DNA of 64,000 bases from Minisyncoccota bacterium (GCA_017881075.1 JADGRH010000003.1:682-64681), one strand, 5' to 3'. Shown: positions 40,818 through 51,236, numbered from the stretch's first letter. Translations and numbers: made by a program. The notes: generated by a model not told the origin, from the letters alone.

Positions 40818-41867
40818 TTATGAATTTACGGTCAAGTGACTATCTTTCCAATCTCCGGTTTCTTGATTGAGGCTGTAGAATGTTGAACATTTTCTAATAT
40901 CCTTTTCTCCCAAGAGGTACTGCATTAATCGATCGGTGCCAATGCCATAACCGGCGTGAGGCAAGGTAGTTCCTCCATTTACAATATTCAAGTACCAGCG
41001 GAAGTCTTCAAGATCACCCCCGCGTTCTTTATGTAGACGAAACATCGTGGAACTAATTAGCCGATTCGTTAATTTTTTTCCGTCGTGTTCACGCACCGCT
41101 GAACCAACCGTTTCGCCGGAGTAGGGAAGGATGAGATCGGTAGAAAGAACAATCCGTGAATCTTTTTCGGAAACCTTCATATTGAAGAATTTTATCTCTT
41201 TCGGGTATTTCATGATGAAGACAGGACGAAGGAAAACATCTTTATTTAAGAGCTCTATTATCTTTGCTTCGTGTTCGGTTTTTAGATCGTCTCCCCAAGC
41301 GAGAGTAGAGAAGCCATTCTTTTGCAGAAGTTTAACGGCATCATCATAGGATATTCGCCAGAAAGGTTTCTCTAAACTGGCTAGAAAATTCTTACTGTCT
41401 CTCTTGTAGGAAGTGTCGAGAAGATCGCTGTGGATCTTTATCACTGTTTTGCAGATATACTTTATGACCGATTCAATATGTTGAAGAAGCGCTTCATACA
41501 TTTTTTCTTCGTTATAAGTTTCGTTCGGAGCGACCAGGCTCCAGTCAAATTCTTCCTCAATCAAACGAAATTGGCGGAGATGTCTTTGATCTTCGATTTC
41601 CTCATCCCGGCCGCTGTGAATGATGGTGTAGGCGCCTGGAATGTGCTGGAGTGCCTGTTCTAGGGATAGTTGGCCTGTCTGGGTAAAGAACAGTGGTATA
41701 TTCAATCTACTACCGACTTTAAAAAGGGTATCAACATTCTCACAGGCACCTGTAATCCCAACGATTTCCGGCACATCAACATAAGTTAGACCGGCATTTC
41801 GGTAAAATTCGTGGGTGGCGCCGGCAATGGTGTGATTTATCTCGATCAAGTTTTTTAGTTTATTCAT
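40818..41867 (-). CDS. AsnRS catalytic-core paralog without anticodon-binding domain (archaeal-type asparagine synthetase-like)
   Basis: GACE, TQTGQL.LE, RHL.QF..IE, YPKEIKFFNM, PHAGYGIG.DR; no N-terminal OB fold. Confidence 0.8.
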   Translation of the reverse strand: MNKLKNLIEINHTIAGATHEFYRNAGLTYVDVPEIVGITGACENVDTLFKVGSRLNIPLFFTQTGQLSLEQALQHIPGAYTIIHSGRDEEIEDQRHLRQFRLIEEEFDWSLVAPNETYNEEKMYEALLQHIESVIKYICKTVIKIHSDLLDTSYKRDSKNFLASLEKPFWRISYDDAVKLLQKNGFSTLAWGDDLKTEHEAKIIELLNKDVFLRPVFIMKYPKEIKFFNMKVSEKDSRIVLSTDLILPYSGETVGSAVREHDGKKLTNRLISSTMFRLHKERGGDLEDFRWYLNIVNGGTTLPHAGYGIGTDRLMQYLLGEKDIRKCSTFYSLNQETGDWKDSHLTVNS

Positions 41868-41894
41868 TTTTATTTTTTATCTTTTAAAAGGTCT

Positions 41895-41911
41895 CCGACA
41901 TCGGATGTCGG
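41895..41911. repeat. short palindrome with a single central base
   Basis: ccgacatc-g-gatgtcgg. Confidence 0.55.
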
Positions 41912-41951
41912 GGATTAACGGGGACTAAGGGGGCATCAGAATGAGAGGATT

Positions 41952-41980
41952 AAAAAAAGAGCCCCCGAAGGGGGCTCTTT
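41952..41980 (-). terminator. intrinsic terminator
   Basis: AAAGAGCCCCC-TTC-GGGGGCTCTTTTTTT on the minus strand. Confidence 0.8.
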
Positions 41981-42069
41981 GGAAAATATAATTAGTTAGC
42001 GGATTCTTTCGGCGTTTATGTGGTTGCTCTCGCATTCGTACCATTGAGAGAAAGTCTATGTAAAATTCT

Positions 42070-42741
42070 TCAACGTGTCAAATCCATTTTATAGCCTCGT
42101 CCCGGCACGGTATGAATCAATTTCTTTTTACCCGCATCTATCTTTTTCCTTAAATTGAGAACGTGCGCTTCAATAGTGTTGGAGAAAGGGTCGGTATCAA
42201 TATTCCAGACGTGCTCCATGATAAGACCGCGAGAAAGGACGTTGCCGAGGTTCCTCATGAAATATTCCAGGAGTAGGAATTCCTTTCTGGTAAGATATAT
42301 TTCTTTTTGACCACGAAAAACTTTCTGCTTCTGAATATCCACCACAAGATCTTCAAAGGTTAAGGGATTAGTCTCTAGTATATTTGGTCTTCTGGTAATG
42401 GCTCTGATGCGGGCCAGCACTTCAGCAAAGGAAAAAGGTTTGCAAACATAGTCATCAACTCCGAGATTAAGAAGATTTACTCTATCCGGAATCTCCGATC
42501 GGACCGACAACATCATAATCGGTGTCTTCTTGCCTACCTCCCGTATTTCCCGGCAGACGGCCAGACCATCCTTTTTTGGCATAATATAATCCAAAATAAT
42601 GAAATCATACTCATTGGTTCGGGCCATGTAAGAACCTCGTTCGCCATCTGCCGCTCTGTCAACCACGAAACCTTCTGCCGATAAACTCTCTTCCAGAAAA
42701 TCAGCGATCTCTACATCGTCTTCAATTATTAACATTCTCAT
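42070..42741 (-). CDS. OmpR-family response regulator (no kinase adjacent)
   Basis: receiver domain plus wHTH LTRKEFLLLEYFMRN...TVPGRGY. Confidence 0.93.
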   Translation of the reverse strand: MRMLIIEDDVEIADFLEESLSAEGFVVDRAADGERGSYMARTNEYDFIILDYIMPKKDGLAVCREIREVGKKTPIMMLSVRSEIPDRVNLLNLGVDDYVCKPFSFAEVLARIRAITRRPNILETNPLTFEDLVVDIQKQKVFRGQKEIYLTRKEFLLLEYFMRNLGNVLSRGLIMEHVWNIDTDPFSNTIEAHVLNLRKKIDAGKKKLIHTVPGRGYKMDLTR

Positions 42742-42909
42742 ATTGTCTGTAAGTATATTTAAATTTTTACTAAAAGACGATTAAAGTTGGGGATGAAAAT
42801 TGAATGAAACTTCATCTTTTCTTCATATTTATTTTATGTTCGTATTGAAAAAATGTTTGAAAAACGGCCTATTTTATAATACTATTACCAAACCATCTCG
42901 AAGAGATGT

Positions 42910-42982
42910 GCCGTTGTAGCTCAGTTGGTAGAGCATTTCCATGGTAAGGAAAAGGTCCCCAGTTCAATTCTGGGCAACGGCT
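42910..42982 (+). tRNA. tRNA-Thr (GGT)
   Basis: TTTCC-ATGGTAA-GGAAA; GCCGTTG/CAACGGC. Confidence 0.93.
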
Positions 42983-42996
42983 CTATAAATATATAT

Positions 42997-43069
42997 GCCA
43001 CCCTAGCTCAGTTGGTAGAGCACCACTTTCGTAAAGTGGGGGTCCCGAGTTCGATTCTCGGGGGTGGCT
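42997..43069 (+). tRNA. tRNA-Thr (CGT)
   Basis: CCACT-TTCGTAA-AGTGG; GCCACCC/GGGTGGC. Confidence 0.93.
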
Positions 43070-43078
43070 CACCAAAAT

Positions 43079-43951
43079 ATGGATGAAAACAAGAAAAAAA
43101 TAAAGGAATTGGAAACCCTGATGCAGGGTGCGGATTTTTGGCAGAATAAGGAGAAGGCCCAGAATGTAATCAAAGAGCTCCAGGATTTGAAGGCCCTGAG
43201 CTTGTCGAAGGGCGGCCCCTACGATCGGAGCTCAGCTATAATAACCATCTTCAGTGGTGCCGGTGGTGATGACTCCGAAGACTTCTCCGCCATCCTTTTC
43301 AATATGTATCGCAAATTCCTTGAACGAAAAGGATGGCCGACACATATCATTCATCAAAATGAAAATGACCACGGAGGCTTCCGCAATCTAACTTTTGAGG
43401 TGAACGGCAAAAATGCTTACGGCACTTTGAAAAATGAATCGGGCGTCCATCGCTTGGTGCGCCTCTCCCCATTCAATGCCAAAAAACTTCGCCACACCTC
43501 GTTCTCTATGGTGGAAGTCATCCCCAAATTCGAGAAGACCAGCGAGATCAATATTCCAGAAGACGAGCTGGATATCTCCTTTCAACGTTCAAGTGGCCCT
43601 GGCGGGCAGAACGTGAACAAGCGCGAGACCTCGGTGCGCATTGTCCATTTGCCGACCAAACTTTCCGTTCACGTGGATTCGGAACGCTCACAGGCCCAGA
43701 ACAGAGAAAAAGGCTTGGCAATTCTTGCCGGTAAAATATATACTCTTCGCGAAGCTGAAAGAATGTCCAAAGAAAAAGGAATGTATATTTCTAAGACCAC
43801 CGACGCCGAATGGGGTAATCAAATCCGCTCATACGTTATGCATCCTTACAAGATGGTCAAAGATCATCGCACCAACGTAGAGACCAGCAATATTAACAAG
43901 GTTCTTGACGGAGAACTTGACGATTTCATTTACGCTGAAAGAAGCCTCTAG
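43079..43951 (+). CDS. prfB: peptide chain release factor 2 (short form, 290 aa)
   Basis: GVHRLVRLSPF (SPF), GPGGQNVN, WGNQIRSYV. Confidence 0.92.
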   Translation: MDENKKKIKELETLMQGADFWQNKEKAQNVIKELQDLKALSLSKGGPYDRSSAIITIFSGAGGDDSEDFSAILFNMYRKFLERKGWPTHIIHQNENDHGGFRNLTFEVNGKNAYGTLKNESGVHRLVRLSPFNAKKLRHTSFSMVEVIPKFEKTSEINIPEDELDISFQRSSGPGGQNVNKRETSVRIVHLPTKLSVHVDSERSQAQNREKGLAILAGKIYTLREAERMSKEKGMYISKTTDAEWGNQIRSYVMHPYKMVKDHRTNVETSNINKVLDGELDDFIYAERSL

Positions 43952-43997
43952 TAGAGCCATTTTTAATTCTAACTAATAATCTGTTATACTAGAAAAG

Positions 43998-44678
43998 ATG
44001 ATTTATTTTGATAAAGTTTCTAAAATTTACGGCGATAATTCAGTAGCGGTGGAGGAGATTACCTTCAATATTGAACCAAAAGAATTTGTTTCTATTGTTG
44101 GTCAATCCGGAGCAGGCAAAACAACCGTAATTAAACTAATCTTAGGCGAAGAGAAACCAACCGCTGGCACGGTATTCTTTGAATCCGTGAATGTTAACAG
44201 CTTGAGAAAGAATCAGATCACTAAATATCGTCGCCGAGTCGGGACTGTCTTTCAGGACTTTCGACTTTTGCCAGACAAGACAGCTTATGAGAATGTCGCT
44301 TTTGCCATGGAGGCGGCCGGTCGAACCGAAGAGGAAATCGCTGCCGATGTGCCGCATGTTTTGGAGTTAGTGGACCTCGGCCGAAAGATTTGGAATTTTC
44401 CGCACCAACTTTCCGGCGGAGAGAAACAGCGGGTGGCCATTGCCAGGGCGTTGGTCAACCAACCAGACCTCATCATTGCCGATGAACCAACAGGCAACCT
44501 TGATCCGGTTAACACCTATGATGTTGTCCAAATTCTGAAAAAAGTTAATGATCTTGGCACCACCGTTCTTCTGACCACTCATAACAAAGGCATTATTGAT
44601 TCGTTAGGGAAGCGGGTTATCACTCTTGAGCATGGTAAGATTATTCGCGACGATAAGTCTGGAAAATATACATTATAA
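43998..44678 (+). CDS. ftsE: cell division ATP-binding protein FtsE
   Basis: [33 protein letters not shown]. Confidence 0.93.
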   Translation: MIYFDKVSKIYGDNSVAVEEITFNIEPKEFVSIVGQSGAGKTTVIKLILGEEKPTAGTVFFESVNVNSLRKNQITKYRRRVGTVFQDFRLLPDKTAYENVAFAMEAAGRTEEEIAADVPHVLELVDLGRKIWNFPHQLSGGEKQRVAIARALVNQPDLIIADEPTGNLDPVNTYDVVQILKKVNDLGTTVLLTTHNKGIIDSLGKRVITLEHGKIIRDDKSGKYTL

Positions 44679-44687
44679 TAATCCATT

Positions 44688-45614
44688 ATGTTTTGGACCA
44701 ACATTAAAAGAGTAATAAAAGCAGGATTCATTAGTTTCTGGAGAAACGGCTATGTCTCGCTGGCATCTGTTTTAGTAATGATTGTCACCCTCTCCGTGGC
44801 CGCCGCCATGATCTTTGTCGGGGCTCTTCTTCATTCAACTCTGGACGGTATAAAAGATAAGGTTGACGTAAATGTTTATTTTGTGACCACCACTGCCGAA
44901 GATCAGATTGTCAGTTTGAAGAATTCGATTGAAGCTCAACCTGAAGTGGCCACCGTCACCTATACTTCCCGTGAAGGAGCCCTTGATAATTTTAGGAAGA
45001 AACACGCAAACGACCAGCTCACTTTAGCCGCTTTGGATGAGCTGAACGACAATCCTCTTGGTGCCAGCCTTAACATTAAAGCCAAGGATCCGTCGCAGTA
45101 TCAGAGTATCGCTAGTTTTGTGGAGAATAAGGCCGCTTCACTTTCTCCGGAGTCGTCAATTATTGACAAGATAAATTATTCCGAAAATAAAGTAGCCATT
45201 GATGCCCTCAATCGTATTATCGATTCGTCCAACAAGATCGGCTTAATTTTAATGGCCTTCTTTATTTTTATTTCCATTCTTATCACTTTCAACACCATTC
45301 GTTTAGCCATCTATATTTCCCGTGATGAGATTGCCGTCATGCGTTTAGTGGGGGCCTCAAATATGTTTATCCGCGGGCCATTTGTCACGGTTGGTTTGAT
45401 GTATGGAGGTGTTTCGGCCATCATCACCTTACTGCTTCTCTATCCGATTACTTTTGGCCTCGGTCCTTTGACTGAAAAGCTTGGCACCGGCCTCAACGTC
45501 TTTGATTATTACATCAGCCATCTCGTGGAAGTCTCCCTCATTATTCTCGGCGCCGGCCTACTTCTCGGCGCCATATCTAGCTTCCTGGCAGTTAAGAAAT
45601 ATCTGAAAGTCTAA
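44688..45614 (+). CDS. ftsX: cell division permease FtsX
   Basis: NPLGAS, FNTIRLAIY..RDEIAVMRLVGAS..FIRGPF. Confidence 0.93.
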   Translation: MFWTNIKRVIKAGFISFWRNGYVSLASVLVMIVTLSVAAAMIFVGALLHSTLDGIKDKVDVNVYFVTTTAEDQIVSLKNSIEAQPEVATVTYTSREGALDNFRKKHANDQLTLAALDELNDNPLGASLNIKAKDPSQYQSIASFVENKAASLSPESSIIDKINYSENKVAIDALNRIIDSSNKIGLILMAFFIFISILITFNTIRLAIYISRDEIAVMRLVGASNMFIRGPFVTVGLMYGGVSAIITLLLLYPITFGLGPLTEKLGTGLNVFDYYISHLVEVSLIILGAGLLLGAISSFLAVKKYLKV

Positions 45615-47248
45615 TGAAGAAGAATCATAAATACATTTTTGTTATTGGAGGAGTGATGTCTGGTGTGGGCAAAGGTATCACCACTTCTTCCATCGGCACC
45701 ATTCTCGCCGCCAAAGGATTCAATGTGAATATTATAAAAGTTGATCCGTATCTGAATGTTGATGCGGGTACCATGAACCCCACCGAGCACGGTGAGGTTT
45801 TTGTTTTAAACTCCGGCTTGGAGACGGATCAAGACATGGGCAATTATGAGCGCTTCATGAATCGTGATCTCAATAACGGCGATTATATGACTAGCGGTAT
45901 GATATATAAGCACGTCATTGATAAAGAGCGGGCGCTTGGCTTTGGTGGCCGCTGTATTGATGCCGATACCATTCGGGATGAGATTATTCACCGATATGAA
46001 ACGGCCGCCCGCTCCAATAAATCGGATATTTCTGTGATTGAGATTGGTGGAACGGTGGGTGACTATCAAAACATTATGTTCATTGAAGCAGCTCGAGTAC
46101 TGAAAGTAAAAAATCCGGAGAATGTTTTATTTATCATGGTCAGTTTTCTACCAATTCCACACAAGCTTGGCGAGATGAAGTCAAAACCGACCCAAAATGC
46201 CATCAAACAATTAAACTCTTACGGCATTCAGACCGATATCGTCATTGCCCGAAGTGAAAAACCGCTTGATAAAAAACGAAAAGAGAAAATTGCTATTTCT
46301 TGCAATGTGCCGGCTGAAAATGTTATCTCTGCCCCGGATATCGAGAGTATCTACGATGTGCCGTTAAACTTTGAAAAAGATAAATTGGGAGATCATCTGA
46401 CTGAACTCCTCGGACTGAAGAATCGACCGACAAATCTGAAAGACTGGTCGGCTTTCGCTCGAAAGGCCAAGAATGGCAAACACACGGTCAATATTGCAGT
46501 GGTAGGGAAGTACTTTGATACTGGAGATTTTGTTCTTTCGGATGCCTATGTTTCTGTCATTGAGGCTATTAAATTCTCTGCATATGCCGCTGGGGTAAAA
46601 GCAAAACTGACATGGCTTAACTCCAAACATTTTGAGACTAATCCGGCCAAGGTTAAAGAGTTAGCCAATTATGATGGCGTTCTTGTTCCAGGAGGATTCG
46701 GAGAGACGGGCATTAAAGGCAAACTTCGGGCCATCGAATTTGTACGGGGAAATAAGATTCCATATTTAGGTCTCTGTTACGGAATGCAATTGGCGGTGAT
46801 TGAATTTGCCCGCAATGTCGCGGGGCTAAAAGATGCCAACACCACTGAGATAGATGAGAAATCAAAAAATCCGGTAATAGATATTATGGAGCATCAACGA
46901 AAACATCTAGCGGAGGGCCGTTACGGCGCCTCAATGCGACTGGGAGCTTACCCGTGCAAACTGAAGAAGGGGACGGTGGCGGGTTTCGCCTACGGCGAAA
47001 CCCGCGTCTCCGAACGTCACCGCCACCGCTACGAAGTGAATCCCACTTACATCGCTAAATTAGAAAAAGCCGGCCTTGTTTTCTCCGGCACCTCGCCCGA
47101 CGGCAAACTAATGGAAATCGCCGAACTACCAAAAGAAAAACATCCTTTTTTTGTTGGCACTCAATTCCATCCGGAATTCTTGGCTCGCCCTCTTCGCCCC
47201 CACCCCCTTTTCACCGCCTTCATCAAGGCATCAATGAAGAAGAAGTAA
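45614..47248 (+). CDS. pyrG: CTP synthase
   Basis: GGVMSGVGKG, DPYLNVDAGTMNP, GLCYGMQ, QFHPEF. Confidence 0.98.
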   Translation: MKKNHKYIFVIGGVMSGVGKGITTSSIGTILAAKGFNVNIIKVDPYLNVDAGTMNPTEHGEVFVLNSGLETDQDMGNYERFMNRDLNNGDYMTSGMIYKHVIDKERALGFGGRCIDADTIRDEIIHRYETAARSNKSDISVIEIGGTVGDYQNIMFIEAARVLKVKNPENVLFIMVSFLPIPHKLGEMKSKPTQNAIKQLNSYGIQTDIVIARSEKPLDKKRKEKIAISCNVPAENVISAPDIESIYDVPLNFEKDKLGDHLTELLGLKNRPTNLKDWSAFARKAKNGKHTVNIAVVGKYFDTGDFVLSDAYVSVIEAIKFSAYAAGVKAKLTWLNSKHFETNPAKVKELANYDGVLVPGGFGETGIKGKLRAIEFVRGNKIPYLGLCYGMQLAVIEFARNVAGLKDANTTEIDEKSKNPVIDIMEHQRKHLAEGRYGASMRLGAYPCKLKKGTVAGFAYGETRVSERHRHRYEVNPTYIAKLEKAGLVFSGTSPDGKLMEIAELPKEKHPFFVGTQFHPEFLARPLRPHPLFTAFIKASMKKK

Positions 47249-47249
47249 A

Positions 47250-47837
47250 ATGGAAGAGATCGAAGTAAAATTTTTAAATATCGACCCTGCCGCTATTGAA
47301 GAAAAATTAAAAAAGATCGGAGCTAAGAAAGTGGCCGATTTTTTCTATAAACGTTACATTTTTGATTATCCCAATCTCAGCTTGCACAAGAGGGGAGCGT
47401 GGGTTCGTCTTCGAACTGATGGAAAAGAAACAACTCTTACTTACAAACAACGACTTGGTATGTCTTCTCATGACGGTTCTACCTCAGATACCGGTATGGA
47501 AGAGATCGAAGTCCTAGTAAGTGATTTTGAGAAAGCGGCTGAAATGTTTCGAAAGATGGGGTTTATGGAGAAATTCTATGAAGAAAACAAGCGAGTGCGC
47601 TGGATGAAAGACGATATTGAATTTGACCTCGATTTTTGGCCACACCTATCGCCCTATTTGGAGATTGAAGCACCTAGTTGGCAGAAGATTGATGAAGCCA
47701 TTAAAATACTTGGTCTCAACCCAGAGGATAAGAAGATCTTTTCTGTTGCCCAAGTCTATCAGCTTGCTGGTATCAATCAGATCGAATATAGTCGCATCAC
47801 TTTTAATGAGTTTACGAAGAGGGAAGACTCAGTTTGA
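47250..47837 (+). CDS. CYTH domain protein
   Basis: EIEVK, WVRLR, LTYK, EKR, YLEIE. Confidence 0.88.
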   Translation: MEEIEVKFLNIDPAAIEEKLKKIGAKKVADFFYKRYIFDYPNLSLHKRGAWVRLRTDGKETTLTYKQRLGMSSHDGSTSDTGMEEIEVLVSDFEKAAEMFRKMGFMEKFYEENKRVRWMKDDIEFDLDFWPHLSPYLEIEAPSWQKIDEAIKILGLNPEDKKIFSVAQVYQLAGINQIEYSRITFNEFTKREDSV

Positions 47838-47892
47838 CAAAGAGCTATACCAGTTTAGAATTGGGGCAGTAAAACCACGAAAGGGGGATTGT

Positions 47893-48090
47893 ATGGCAAC
47901 GTGGAATCTTCATAAGTACGCCGGAGCTCTTCTAGAAGCTAAGATCTGGGACAGCAAAAAGGCCGAAGCCTACAAGACTTTTTGTCGGGACAAAGGTCGT
48001 GTAGAAAATACTGGAGCGAGAGAACGCATCTCTAATCCCGAGGTCTCAAGAGAAGAGTTCGAGACAGAGTGTGATAAGGACGAAAAATGA
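47893..48090 (+). CDS. small hypothetical protein
   Basis: TTGACA/TAGAAT promoter, SD AAGGGGG, downstream hairpin 48089-48116. Confidence 0.5.
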   Translation: MATWNLHKYAGALLEAKIWDSKKAEAYKTFCRDKGRVENTGARERISNPEVSREEFETECDKDEK

Positions 48091-48140
48091 CCTGGCTCCC
48101 GAGGTGGAGCCAGGTCTAATCATTCATTAATTATTAATAT

Positions 48141-48214
48141 TGCGGGATCGTCTAATGGTAGGACTGCAGATTCTGGATCTGCCTATCTTGGTTCGAGTCC
48201 AAGTCCCGCAGCCA
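48141..48214 (+). tRNA. tRNA-Gln (CTG)
   Basis: GCAGA-TTCTGGA-TCTGC; encoded CCA. Confidence 0.94.
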
Positions 48215-48373
48215 ACATATTACACGCCGAGTGTCAAGGGTGCCTACGGTACCAGAGCGACTGATACACATCACATAAAAATTCAATCAATACTCTCATT
48301 ATAGCACCGGTTTTTTTAATTTCGTAAAAATAAAAACCCCACTCTGATTGTGTCAGAATGGGTGTCAAAATCA

Positions 48374-49225
48374 CTACGTTATGATGATCGGAGTTATCGG
48401 TTCGATGGCTATAGGCTTATAGTATTCGCCAAAATCTCCAACGCACACTTCCCTTATTTTCCGAAGATAGCGAATCGCTTGAAGAACGTCGCAACCACAC
48501 CTTCTCATATTCTCCAGATCCTCGTTAAGTCCATCACCAATGAAATCTATGGCCTCGAGGAATCTTTCGCCATCACGGCTGTAATCTGGCCAACGGAGAT
48601 CAATTAGTACTGGAGCTCTAATTGTGATATCGAAGAAAGTTGCTTTAATCTGCCCCACCTCTTCCTGGTGCTTCACCTTTCTAACACGAAGCCAACCATA
48701 CAGAAAATAAATCCTGAATGTTTCCTTGGGGTAGAATAGGCGGCTCTTCTGAAGGATCACAGCTTTTTCACGAAGATTAAACTGGATACTCCTGGCTTTA
48801 ACAACCACCATATTATTAGGGACTTTGAATCGGACGCCGAAAGTGAAGAGCCAAACGCCATAGAGAACCACCAGCAAGGCGTAGGCGATCATGAATGGGC
48901 TAAATGAGTCGGAGTCACTGTAACGAGTATTCAAGATGAGAACCAAGGTTCCACCTCCGCAGAACAAGGCTCCAAGGACAAGAGTTTTCCCTTTCGCCGT
49001 GTTTTGGATTGGGTAGCCCTTAGCTATTGCGCCAAGAAACTGGGAACCTCCGAGGGCCGCAAGGATCAATCCGAGGCTAGCCACCACCGATTGCCAGGGA
49101 ATTAAAGGCATATGCCTGGAAGGATTCGATGGTGGCATGTGGACCATGATGATGGGCACTATTAAGAACATTAAAAGCAGGGCGACGCCTGTCGCTTTGA
49201 ATGAATTTGGAATTTTTGTTGTCAT
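48374..49225 (-). CDS. hypothetical membrane protein
   Basis: 4 N-terminal TMs. Confidence 0.6.
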   Translation of the reverse strand: MTTKIPNSFKATGVALLLMFLIVPIIMVHMPPSNPSRHMPLIPWQSVVASLGLILAALGGSQFLGAIAKGYPIQNTAKGKTLVLGALFCGGGTLVLILNTRYSDSDSFSPFMIAYALLVVLYGVWLFTFGVRFKVPNNMVVVKARSIQFNLREKAVILQKSRLFYPKETFRIYFLYGWLRVRKVKHQEEVGQIKATFFDITIRAPVLIDLRWPDYSRDGERFLEAIDFIGDGLNEDLENMRRCGCDVLQAIRYLRKIREVCVGDFGEYYKPIAIEPITPIIIT

Positions 49226-49313
49226 ATGTCAATGTTTCTATTTCTCAAATTACCTGAAATGGGTATTTTGTCAATGTTCTACTAAATGAAAAGGTGAATG
49301 ATATAATTTAACC

Positions 49314-49622
49314 ATGAAGAAAATTATCGTTTACGTTCCGTTATCTCACACAGACAAAGTGAGGGAGGCCATAGGGGATGTGGGAGGGGGTCAACTGGGA
49401 AAGTATTCTTTTTGCAGTTTTTCTATTCGAGGCACTGGTAGATTTAAACCGGAAGACGGAGCGAATCCTCATATCGGAGAGGTAGGAAAATTGGAGGAAG
49501 TGAAAGAGGAGAGAATTGAAGTAACGTGTGACGATGAAATCACAGACAAGGTCGTTAAAGCTATAAAATCCGTGCATCCATATGAAGAGGTGGCATTAGA
49601 TATTTATCCATTAGAAAATTAA
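49314..49622 (+). CDS. YqfO/NIF3 middle-domain (PII/CutA-like) protein
   Basis: GKYSFCSF..G.GRFKP..GANPHIG..E.RIEV..HPYEE. Confidence 0.85.
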   Translation: MKKIIVYVPLSHTDKVREAIGDVGGGQLGKYSFCSFSIRGTGRFKPEDGANPHIGEVGKLEEVKEERIEVTCDDEITDKVVKAIKSVHPYEEVALDIYPLEN

Positions 49623-49623
49623 C

Positions 49624-49977
49624 ATGAGAGAATTTTTTCCAACTGATGACGATAGTGGAGGCGAAGAAAAACCAGTTGATCCTTTTGTTAAGGAAAGACA
49701 TACCGGAGAGCGCGTCTTAGAAACAGTAAAAGAAGTGTTAGAAAACAAAGAAGAGAATCGGAATTTAAAAGAAAGTATCAAGATACACTTAAGAAGTGCA
49801 AAAACTAACGGGGAAACCTGGAAGAGAATGATTGGTAGACTACCTCCAGAAGAAAAAGAAGTCTTTGAATATGTTCTAGCTCAAGAACTAGAAAATTTTT
49901 ATTACACCCACTACAACGCTGTAAGAAATAGACTTAATCCCGACCAATCAACAGATCAAGGATTGGAAAGAAAATAA
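49624..49977 (+). CDS. hypothetical protein
   Basis: 117-aa ORF directly following the previous gene. Confidence 0.55.
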   Translation: MREFFPTDDDSGGEEKPVDPFVKERHTGERVLETVKEVLENKEENRNLKESIKIHLRSAKTNGETWKRMIGRLPPEEKEVFEYVLAQELENFYYTHYNAVRNRLNPDQSTDQGLERK

Positions 49978-50119
49978 GATTAACTTTCACACGTATGTTT
50001 TTCAAACCTCATTTTTCGTGATATAAAGGATTTAGATTACTAAACACACGTTTAGCTGGTCTTTCATAAAACGCCAGAAACCTCATAGGTGAAAGGCAAA
50101 ACAAGAAGGAGTAATAAAA

Positions 50120-50938
50120 ATGAGCTCAAAAAAAAGCGGGTCCGCATGGACCTTGCCAGCTGGAAAGCTTAGACAAGCGGAAGCGACCCTTTATAAGGGG
50201 CTGGGAGAAAATTGGGGAGCAGACATTATGACCGAGATTGCTGATGACCAAGAAACATTACGAAAAACAGTACGATTTTTGCGTCGGCACTGTTGGGAAG
50301 ACTCAGAGCATCAACGCATAGCCAGGGCGATCATGGGCGAGAACATGCTCGATGTCGATGATGTCATGGATTGCTTCGGTGTGCGCTATTCCAAAGACAT
50401 GCTTCGCCAGATGAACGTCATTCCGTTTGGTGAACGAACACTATGTGAGAAGAGTAAAACTCATCTTCTGGTGGCTGGATATCATCTGACAATGCAGAAT
50501 CTCACACATTTCGGATTACACGAAGGAAACTGGATGAATGACAAGGTACTAGGAGACTCACCAGATGATAGGATGGCCAATCAGGTTGTAATGCGCCAGT
50601 GGCATCTTGTTCGCAAAGGTGCGGTTCCTGGAACACTAGGTCTATCATTTGAAGATCAAGCCCAAAAAATTCCACCTTGGGATGAAATCTCTCGAGTTGC
50701 TGGAGAAGTAATTACTCCAGTTGCCTTGGCGGTTTATACGACCATCTTGTATCGGGTCGTTCGTAACCGATCTTTCTATACACGAGGTTCTTTCCTCCAA
50801 TGCCGTGAATCATCGGGTAAGGGATTTCATTACGTGGTTACCCGAGCGATGGATAAAAAAGAAGTGATCGTTCAGTGTAATAACGATCACGCTTCGAGCA
50901 ACGTTGCCATGAGTTCTACGGTGATGCCGATGATCTAG
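50120..50938 (+). CDS. hypothetical protein
   Basis: 272-aa ORF with strong SD (AAGGAG) and downstream hairpin. Confidence 0.65.
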   Translation: MSSKKSGSAWTLPAGKLRQAEATLYKGLGENWGADIMTEIADDQETLRKTVRFLRRHCWEDSEHQRIARAIMGENMLDVDDVMDCFGVRYSKDMLRQMNVIPFGERTLCEKSKTHLLVAGYHLTMQNLTHFGLHEGNWMNDKVLGDSPDDRMANQVVMRQWHLVRKGAVPGTLGLSFEDQAQKIPPWDEISRVAGEVITPVALAVYTTILYRVVRNRSFYTRGSFLQCRESSGKGFHYVVTRAMDKKEVIVQCNNDHASSNVAMSSTVMPMI

Positions 50939-51236
50939 TGACTCATAGTTCCGAAGGACGTCTTTCGGAGCTTTTTAATTTGAGGATCGAGAAATTCCTA
51001 AACACTGCTTAGGAGTGTCTCATCTCTACGTAAAATAAGGCTCTTTTGGAATCAAAACAAGACATACTAGACTCCGACTGAGACCCCTCAATTTGGTATG
51101 ATGAAATAGCTCAGAGAACCCTTACAAGGCCTCAACTTTTGGGGTTCACAACTGAGTCAGTCAGCCAATGTTTTTTATTTCTGTTAGAATTAGTGGTGTT
51201 ACATTATAAGCAAGATTATTATTAACTTTTAACCTT

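Noticed and set aside
41980-42060. Leader peptide/attenuator for the AsnRS-like gene
   Set aside because: The short frame is not Asn/Asp-rich, and the hairpin is adequately explained as the response regulator terminator.
43064-43078. GTG start or frameshifted upstream segment of prfB
   Set aside because: The GTG lies in the tRNA-Thr acceptor stem and no CTT-TGA slippery site is present; ATG 43079 is preferred.
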